Shown here one piece after another: positions 1-7,097 of a DNA stretch of 28,436 nucleotides. The notes under the pieces are model-generated. The model was not told where the DNA came from. It saw only the letters and a program-made list of their open reading frames with translations, and searched no databases. The stretch covers positions 28,054-56,489 of the forward strand of contig CAZJQC010000005.1 in the NCBI GenBank assembly GCA_964548195.1. Direction: 5' to 3'. The stretch is from an uncultured bacterium. Lineage in GTDB: Bacteria; Macinerneyibacteriota; Macinerneyibacteria; Macinerneyibacteriales; DSCS01. The position numbers and the translations under genes were made by a program. Every line of letters starts with the position of its first letter. Within the stretch, counting starts at the first letter, position 1.

Positions 1-2486
1 TTAGCTTCGGAAACTTCGTTGCCGGAGATATTTGTCCTGGTATAGGGAAGGCCTGACTGAGCGCTGAGTCTCACGGAGAGCTCAGTGTTCTCAAGAGGTC
101 TTACACCATAGATCGCAAATCCTTCGCCTTTTCCCAAGCCCATTGCTACGCTTGCGGAAACTGTGTGGCGTCTGTCGTAATCCAGATATGTAGTCCTTAC
201 CGGAGGTACATAATCGGGTTCGTCAAGCTGAGACACATCGGCTTCGGCTTCGGAAGCTGATCCCTTGGCCATTGAGAAGCCGTAGGCCAGATCATATGAG
301 AAATGGTCAGCAAATCTCTTGGTCAAAGTAAGGTCTATGCCTATGATACGGCTGAAGTCCTTGTTGACGTACTGATACAGCTTCTTGCCGCTGTACTCGT
401 TCAATACGATACTGAGGACATCAGAAGTCTCTTTGAAATAACCTACGATGCCGATACCGAGCACGTCTGAAAGTCCCTGTTCAAAAGCGACTTCATACTG
501 TACTGATTTCTGAGCGTCAAGGTCCGGGTTTCCGTAGTAATCCTGATCCACAGGCCTCTCTATGTGAGAGAATATGGCTTCATATGAAGGATACTGATAG
601 AAATGGCCGTAAGAGAACCTGAACACACCCGTATCACTGAGCGGATAAGATATTCCAAGACGAGGCATGACATATGTCTTGGCCTCGGCACTGATCTTAC
701 CATCTTCCATGTAGGTGCCCTTGAGGGGGTTTCCTGAGGAAACTTCCGCAAGATGATCATTTATGGCATCGCCGGGATTTTCATAATAATCCACATTGGG
801 ATTATAATGCTCTACACGGGCGCCTATATTGATGATCATATCTTCTACTTCTATCTTGTCCTGAACAAATGCATTGATGTTATAAGGCTGTACGGCATAC
901 ATGTCCGCTCCGCCCAATTCAGAGCGAAGTGAGCTGTAATATTCATACTCGATGTCATCACGGTTGTATGTGACGCCCATTTTAAGCTGGTTGTAACGGT
1001 CGGCCTGCCATGTGTATGCCAGGGCGACTTTCACAGCTTCATCGCTGTATTTGAAGTAATAAGGCGCAAAACCGGTGTAACAAAGCCATGAGTAATCGGC
1101 GATGTTCAAGTATCCGAGGTTTACATTGGTAGAGTATACGGAATCCGTATCCCATCCGAGGAACTCGGTGTAATGCAGCCCGTTGTTGTTGCTTTCACTG
1201 GCATCATACTGTGAAGAAACGCTCAGTTCATAGAACATGCTCGAATTCAGAGTATGCGTGAAGCTCAGGGTGTAGAAATCATGATGTGATACTGTGTCAT
1301 ACATGTCTGTGTAACGGTATGCGGAGTTTCCGCCGTATCCCGTGTACCATCCGTAATAGTTGTCGAAGTAATGGCCTGTCTGCATGTTGACCACCGCAGA
1401 AAGCTTCATTGTCTTCATGGGACGGAACGAGAAGTTACCGTAATATTTCCATGTCCTGTTGAACTCTTCGGGCGAATAACCGCGCACGTAGGGCTCATAA
1501 CCATTATCGATGAGGAACTCTGCCGTACCCTGATCCGGATTAGTCGGATCATTGTATATGTCAAGCAGCTGCTCCACAGTATAATAGTTGGTCCAGAACT
1601 TAGCTTTGGGATGATACAGGTAATAACCGTTGTCATCGTCATAGCTGTATGAGAAAGCAAACGAGGCGTCCCTCAAAAAGGGCACGGGCACAGGGCCGGA
1701 TACATAAGCGTCAATGACATCGTGGCCGATATCATCGCCGTACTCGGTCAAATACCTACTCGTCTTATACCCCACCTTGGCGTGATAATCTTTCTGTCCG
1801 CTTTTGGTGACGACTTTGACTATACCTGACATAGCTCCGCCGTATTCGGCGTTGAAACCGCCGGTTACGACCTTCATCTCTTCGATTGCGTCTGATGAAA
1901 GGTTAAATGCTGAAGTACCGAACAGGTTCGCGTTAACCGCGATGCCGTCGATAATATAAGATACTTCGTTAGACCTGCCGCCGCGGACATGCAGCTCTCC
2001 GCCGCCGCCCTGCACGACACCGGCCTGCTGTTCGAGGACACCGGTAACCGTCGGATTGACCAACTTGGCTATCTGCGTGTTGTCGAAAGTCTTGGACGAT
2101 GACGTATTGTCCTTCTGGACAATGGGCCTGGTGGCCTGAACGATGATCTCTTCTTTTCCTGCTACCTTTGATTCCATCTTGAAATCAACGGACGTAGTGG
2201 TATCAGCGGAAACGATTACGTTTTCCTGTGTAAGATACGAATATCCCACGATCTGACACTGTACGTTGTGGATTCCGGGAGGAACCTGAAGAATAAAGTA
2301 ACTACCATCGGCCTGGGTAAATGCGCCAAGAGATGTCCCCTGGACCATTACCGTTGCACCGGCTAATGGCTCACCGGTCGAGGCGTCTATTACTTTGCCT
2401 CTGATCTTACCGGTGGTACCTGCGAATACAGTAACAGTCAAGAGCAACATGACAATCATAAGCGCTCTAAATTTCTTTAAAACCAT
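1..2486 (-). CDS. TonB-dependent outer-membrane receptor, paralog 1 (partial; 3' end outside window)
   Basis: Absent from the ORF track because no stop lies in the window. Hand translation from ATG 2486 (SD AAGGAG at 2500-2495) gives MVLKKFRALMIVMLLLTVTVFA-GTTGKIRGKVIDASTGEPLAGATVMVQGT (signal peptide plus CarboxypepD_reg-like domain). Plug motifs LHVRGGRSNEVSYIIDG and TGGFNAEYGGAMSGIVKVVTKSG follow, and SGLPYT lies near the window edge. All match the 7098-9812 paralog. Confidence 0.93.
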   Translation of the reverse strand, partial: MVLKKFRALMIVMLLLTVTVFAGTTGKIRGKVIDASTGEPLAGATVMVQGTSLGAFTQADGSYFILQVPPGIHNVQCQIVGYSYLTQENVIVSADTTTSVDFKMESKVAGKEEIIVQATRPIVQKDNTSSSKTFDNTQIAKLVNPTVTGVLEQQAGVVQGGGGELHVRGGRSNEVSYIIDGIAVNANLFGTSAFNLSSDAIEEMKVVTGGFNAEYGGAMSGIVKVVTKSGQKDYHAKVGYKTSRYLTEYGDDIGHDVIDAYVSGPVPVPFLRDASFAFSYSYDDDNGYYLYHPKAKFWTNYYTVEQLLDIYNDPTNPDQGTAEFLIDNGYEPYVRGYSPEEFNRTWKYYGNFSFRPMKTMKLSAVVNMQTGHYFDNYYGWYTGYGGNSAYRYTDMYDTVSHHDFYTLSFTHTLNSSMFYELSVSSQYDASESNNNGLHYTEFLGWDTDSVYSTNVNLGYLNIADYSWLCYTGFAPYYFKYSDEAVKVALAYTWQADRYNQLKMGVTYNRDDIEYEYYSSLRSELGGADMYAVQPYNINAFVQDKIEVEDMIINIGARVEHYNPNVDYYENPGDAINDHLAEVSSGNPLKGTYMEDGKISAEAKTYVMPRLGISYPLSDTGVFRFSYGHFYQYPSYEAIFSHIERPVDQDYYGNPDLDAQKSVQYEVAFEQGLSDVLGIGIVGYFKETSDVLSIVLNEYSGKKLYQYVNKDFSRIIGIDLTLTKRFADHFSYDLAYGFSMAKGSASEAEADVSQLDEPDYVPPVRTTYLDYDRRHTVSASVAMGLGKGEGFAIYGVRPLENTELSVRLSAQSGLPYTRTNISGNEVSEA

Positions 2487-2612
2487 ACCGCAAACTCCTT
2501 TCCTTTTCCTTTTAGTATAAACAACCCAACCATATTGATTTGCAGATAAGCGAGACAATCACCCCCTTCTTTCATCTTTCAAAAGACACAAACTAAATTA
2601 GATTGTTTTTAA

Positions 2613-2641
2613 AGCTTATGTTAATAATTTTCCACTGTCAA
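2613..2641 (-). promoter_or_regulatory. sigma70-type promoter for TBDR paralog 1
   Basis: TTGACA (2641-2636), 17-bp spacer, TAAGCT (2618-2613), in the AT-rich gap downstream of the terminator. Confidence 0.7.
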
Positions 2642-2681
2642 GCTAATTTTTCGGAATACGTTTAATTATGTAAAGGAGATA

Positions 2682-2704
2682 GGGGGCGCGGCAAGCGCGC
2701 CCCC
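2682..2704 (-). terminator. intrinsic terminator-like hairpin closing the TBDR/CTD/PorV operon
   Basis: Perfect 9-bp GC stem GGGGGCGCG/CGCGCCCCC with 5-nt loop, 6 nt after the PorV-like stop. It is followed by an imperfect U-tract (TATCTCCTTT) on the minus strand. Confidence 0.7.
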
Positions 2705-2710
2705 AAGTGG

Positions 2711-3754
2711 TCAGAAACGGAATTTTACCGTGAAGAGATGTGTCTCCTCAAGTCTTTCATATCCGTTGTATGCGTAATCGAAGCCTATGCCCAGTCCAGT
2801 GCTGTCATAGTCCACTCCGCCGCCGAATGAATAAGTCGCGTCGATTGAATCTTCGACAGTCGCCATGCGGTAACCCGCCCTGGCCGCCACTGAAAATTCA
2901 GCGTTGACGTTATATTCGAATTCGCCGCCGACATTGACCTGTTCGGCATTGTCCACGGGGTTCATGAAATCAATGGCCACCATGGTGGTCATGTTTTCAG
3001 TCACATAAGGCTCATACACGAAACCCACTTTAAGTGTCATGGGAAGTTCGTGGTCTTCAGTGTACTGCGAGAAAGTATATTCATACTCGTCGGAAGTACC
3101 TGTCGCGCCGTCCACCACTTCGGTGAAGACCTTGTCCAGCTGTCCGCCTTCGAATTTCGGTTTGGTACCGAAATTGTTTATGCTGAGGGCAGCTATAAGG
3201 CCCTTGACGGGAGTGTGATATTTCACGCCCGCGTCAACAGCTATTGCATTGGCTTCCATGTCCCAGATCTTCTGGGAGATGGCTTTTACCGTGAACCCGA
3301 AATCAACGGTCTTCAACAGCCTTTTGGCGAATGAAACGCCTATAGCCGTATCGGAAGCGCCGAACTCGGCACCGTTTCCGTCGGGTTCTTCTATTGTAGT
3401 GACTTCCATCTCCGGATAGGCGAAATGCGTGAAGCTTATCGCCATCTGTGTAGCTTCGGAAACGGGGAACGTCACCGCAACATACTCGAACTTGATATCG
3501 GCCAGCCACTCACTGTGAGTGAACATGGCCTCATAATCCTGAACGTTGATGAGTCCGGCAGGATTATAAAACAGCGCCGAAACTCCTTCGGAAGCAGCCG
3601 TACCAACATCGCCCATACCCACAAACTGTGCGTCGGGGGCAACCTTCAGGAATGTACCCGAAGCCTGACCACCCTGGGTCATATCGGCGGCACTTACGGA
3701 GGAAGCTAACGCTACTATAAGGATAGCTATAACAAATATATATTTCCTTAACAT
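2711..3754 (-). CDS. PorV/PorQ-like (UPF0164) outer-membrane beta-barrel protein
   Basis: Signal peptide, then FLKVAPDAQFVGMGDVG and ALFYNPAGL, typical of the FadL/PorV-like N-terminus. Also HSEWLADI, alternating beta-strands and C-terminal VKFRF. SD AGGAGG is fused to the upstream stop. Confidence 0.85.
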   Translation of the reverse strand: MLRKYIFVIAILIVALASSVSAADMTQGGQASGTFLKVAPDAQFVGMGDVGTAASEGVSALFYNPAGLINVQDYEAMFTHSEWLADIKFEYVAVTFPVSEATQMAISFTHFAYPEMEVTTIEEPDGNGAEFGASDTAIGVSFAKRLLKTVDFGFTVKAISQKIWDMEANAIAVDAGVKYHTPVKGLIAALSINNFGTKPKFEGGQLDKVFTEVVDGATGTSDEYEYTFSQYTEDHELPMTLKVGFVYEPYVTENMTTMVAIDFMNPVDNAEQVNVGGEFEYNVNAEFSVAARAGYRMATVEDSIDATYSFGGGVDYDSTGLGIGFDYAYNGYERLEETHLFTVKFRF

Positions 3755-3767
3755 ATACTAACCTCCT

Positions 3768-6700
3768 CTACCTGATGACGGCGAAGGTGCCTTCGGTCTT
3801 GGTATCGTCGTCAACGTAAATAACGTAGATATAGATTCCACTGGCTATATCCTGGTTATCTGTGTTACGGACATCCCATTCCTCGGTACCGGTGCCGTTG
3901 TCATGATGAAGTATTCTTACAATATCGCCTGCGACCGTATAAACGTAAATGTCGCACTCGCCCGGCAGATGCGTGAACTCGGCCTTACGGCTTGTCACGT
4001 TCTGATCCCAGCTGTTTATGGGATATATCGGGTTCGGCACGACTTTTACCGCGCTAAGGTCGATGGTGTCGCTTGCAGTCATGGCGCTTGTATTTACTTC
4101 CCAGTATTCACCGCCGGTGATTATATTCCCGTCCTGATCGAACGCTATTTCAGTTCCGTCAACAATGGGATTTGTCACGATGGTGTAATAAAGCGCGTCT
4201 CCGTCGCTTAGTGAATACGTGCCGTCGGTCACGGAACCGTATATCACGGCGCCCGTGTTCATCTCAGGCGTCAGCTGATAATCGACATCAACAGGAGCTA
4301 TACCGGCAGCATAGTTGACGTTTTCGCCCATAAGCGCGAAGTCGTCCGCCACAGGTATGTAGGCACCGTAAGGTGTCCAGCCTGCCACGTCTTTATCGAT
4401 ATTAGCGTAATAGTTCACGCCGGCTTCGGTGAAGTTGACTTCGAACTCGTCGCCGTACGCTCCGCCTGCGATCTCAATCACATACGCGGGGTCGCCTGAA
4501 CCATTCTGGATGGTGTATACATCGCCGACTACGCTTCCTATGGCGCCTGTGAGCGTGCCTGTGCCCCATGCCTTCCGCAATATAACGGGAGAGTCATCAT
4601 TGGGCGCAAAACGGATAACGAGGTCTTCCTCGATAAGTCCGGATGCTACAGACAGGTCCATGGCAGGCATTGCAGTCACGCTGCCGGAAGCACCGCTTAC
4701 GCGTGAAACGGCAACTTCATATACATCGCCTGTATGGAAAGTCAAGCGATAATCGCCGGGATCGCCGTATCTCGGTGCATAGAAATAAGGCTCCATGGCA
4801 AGATACGCCGCAGCCTCATAACCGTCCGTGACTTCCGTTGCGGGGTCACCCGTAAGGTCTGTCACGATCTGGCCGGTAAGATACACATCCTCGCCGTAGG
4901 CTTCGCCGAGGACCACGTAATACCCGTCAAAGAATATACAGGTATCAAGTCCGGGCTCAAACCTGGGCGTCCAGTTAACTCCGAAGAGATCCCAGTGTGT
5001 TACCAGGAATCCGCCGGCATAACGGTCGCCGGTAAGGCCTGCGCGGGGGACCATGTAGGTGTCCACGCCGGTATAGGCGGTCTCCTGCACATCAAGAGCA
5101 TTGATCTCCATGGTCCCGGGCTCAGTCTCAACGAAAGTGAGCTCGAAATCATGGCCCGTGCCCATGCGCGCCGTCCAGGCGTAGTCGCCTACGAATGTGT
5201 TGGCAGCGGCATCATATTCGCCGGGGTTTGATGATATGGTCTCAATGCTGTTGAATGTATAATCATAATGTACATCATCGGTAGCGGCAACGACAGTATA
5301 CTGTACTCCGTCAATCGCTTCCGTGAGGTATGTCTTGGCATAGTTTCCTTCACCAAGGTTGTCGGCCAGGAAATGGTCGGCCACATATTCCATGGTGTCA
5401 AGGTCTATTACTGAATATACCATTCTGTTGGCATTGGAGCCCTCTTCCACCTGTATCCTGTAGGTGTGCCCGGTAACAAACTGAGGTTCGATGATCTCAG
5501 CCGTTATTGTGCCCGGGTTGCCGCCTACGACAACGCTTCCGCCATTAAGAGGCTCGGGAGCGAGCGGAGGCGCAGTGCCTGCAGCATCGGTCCGGCCCTG
5601 TGCGAAGTAAGCGTCGCCCAGAGATTCAAGTGAGCTGGGTTCGTTAAGCTGTGCATCATAAGACACGACTTTGTAATAATAGGCTATGCCGTTTATTACA
5701 TCCGTATCAAGATATGAATGCTTCAGTGTCGACAGGTCATAATCGGCTATCTCTTCCCACGGACCCGCAGGTGAAGATGCTTTGTATACCCTGTATCCCG
5801 CGAAGTCATACTCGATGTAATCGGGATCATACACTGTTGCCAGCGGATCACTTGCCACCGCATAATACGGGTCTGCAAATGACTCGGCGGCGGAATCCCA
5901 GCTGACAAACACTTTTCTGTCAAGGGACTGTACCACAGCTTCGGGTTTCTTCGGAGCCGAAGGCAGAAGATAATCGTTGTCGAATATAAACTGCGCGGCT
6001 TCGGAGTTGCCTATAAGTGTCCTGTATTCCCTGCCGTCTGTGCCGGTGACCGAAACTGTGGCTGAATCGCCCAGCTCGTATCCGGGTATAACGGCGACAA
6101 CGACCGTAGCGGTCTCACCGGCGGCGAGATCGAAGGGGCCTGTTGTCATCATGAAACGTTTGTCGGCGGGGCCGGCATCCGTATCAAAGGGGTTGTATGC
6201 GTCTCCGGCCATGTTGTAACCGGCCATGAGATTGTATCGCTGCACATCGTTTACGGGCGCCACGTCGATACTGAAGATCTTGAACGCCGTAAGGCCTATC
6301 GGATCTCCGAACTCGTCATCGGGTGACTGCAGGAAATCGTATCCGATATATCCCGCATGGCCGTAACTTTCGGTACCGTCATTATCATAACAGTAACCGA
6401 CGTTATGTGTCTCGTCATATCCCACCATATCATCGACCGCGTTACCGACATCGGGATCCTGTACAAGGCCCATGTAGGCATCGGTCAATCCGGAAGTGCC
6501 CTGGTTGGTCACTTCGTATATGATGAATATGATATCGTTGTTTGACGGATAGTTCCACTCATAAGACTTCTGAACGACTTCTATGTTCAGAGGCGTATGG
6601 ATGTTTCCCGCTGACTGAAGAGGCGGATTGGCATAGGCATCATTGTACACGGCATAAGAGTCGAGTACTGATTTGATCTCTGCCAGAGGCCAGTCGGCAT

Positions 6701-7085
6701 CGCTGGAAAGATATACTTTCCACTGGTTATCGACATAGCCGGGAGAACTTGGGTCCATATCGCCGGGTGTAAATTCCGAAGAACCATCCGATGAGATGTA
6801 TCCGCTTGTTACGTACTTTTCAGTCCCCACCAGAGCGCCGAACCACATGCCGGCGCCGTATATATACTGAGCGTCACCATTCTGATACGCCCAGTAACCA
6901 CCGGCGGAGGTTATACCATCATCGACTCCGTGCTGACCAAAGTTGTTTATGGTCATCCAGAATCCGTTGGCCTTGAGCCATTTGACATCAAGACCTTTGT
7001 AGTGAACCTTATCTACACTTGTCTCTCCGAAAGAAGCGGTAAAGGCAAGCGAAATAATAAATATTAATATCCATAATTTCCTCAT
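3768..7085 (-). CDS. large exported acidic protein with FN3-like domain and C-terminal T9SS/FlgD-Ig-like sorting domain; function unknown
   Basis: Signal peptide; FN3-like segment (KVFVSWD...FAGYRVYK...SYLDTDVINGIAYYYKVVSYD); C-terminus VKVVPNP...IYVYTVAGDIVR...WDVRN...IASGIYIY...FAVIR. SD AAGGAGG. Confidence 0.85.
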   Translation of the reverse strand: MRKLWILIFIISLAFTASFGETSVDKVHYKGLDVKWLKANGFWMTINNFGQHGVDDGITSAGGYWAYQNGDAQYIYGAGMWFGALVGTEKYVTSGYISSDGSSEFTPGDMDPSSPGYVDNQWKVYLSSDADWPLAEIKSVLDSYAVYNDAYANPPLQSAGNIHTPLNIEVVQKSYEWNYPSNNDIIFIIYEVTNQGTSGLTDAYMGLVQDPDVGNAVDDMVGYDETHNVGYCYDNDGTESYGHAGYIGYDFLQSPDDEFGDPIGLTAFKIFSIDVAPVNDVQRYNLMAGYNMAGDAYNPFDTDAGPADKRFMMTTGPFDLAAGETATVVVAVIPGYELGDSATVSVTGTDGREYRTLIGNSEAAQFIFDNDYLLPSAPKKPEAVVQSLDRKVFVSWDSAAESFADPYYAVASDPLATVYDPDYIEYDFAGYRVYKASSPAGPWEEIADYDLSTLKHSYLDTDVINGIAYYYKVVSYDAQLNEPSSLESLGDAYFAQGRTDAAGTAPPLAPEPLNGGSVVVGGNPGTITAEIIEPQFVTGHTYRIQVEEGSNANRMVYSVIDLDTMEYVADHFLADNLGEGNYAKTYLTEAIDGVQYTVVAATDDVHYDYTFNSIETISSNPGEYDAAANTFVGDYAWTARMGTGHDFELTFVETEPGTMEINALDVQETAYTGVDTYMVPRAGLTGDRYAGGFLVTHWDLFGVNWTPRFEPGLDTCIFFDGYYVVLGEAYGEDVYLTGQIVTDLTGDPATEVTDGYEAAAYLAMEPYFYAPRYGDPGDYRLTFHTGDVYEVAVSRVSGASGSVTAMPAMDLSVASGLIEEDLVIRFAPNDDSPVILRKAWGTGTLTGAIGSVVGDVYTIQNGSGDPAYVIEIAGGAYGDEFEVNFTEAGVNYYANIDKDVAGWTPYGAYIPVADDFALMGENVNYAAGIAPVDVDYQLTPEMNTGAVIYGSVTDGTYSLSDGDALYYTIVTNPIVDGTEIAFDQDGNIITGGEYWEVNTSAMTASDTIDLSAVKVVPNPIYPINSWDQNVTSRKAEFTHLPGECDIYVYTVAGDIVRILHHDNGTGTEEWDVRNTDNQDIASGIYIYVIYVDDDTKTEGTFAVIR

Positions 7086-7097
7086 CCGCTACCTCCT

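Noticed and set aside
560..1660. Short ORFs 560-760, 1371-1652 and 1415-1660
   Set aside because: All lie within the unlisted TBDR reading frame (1-2486, minus strand).
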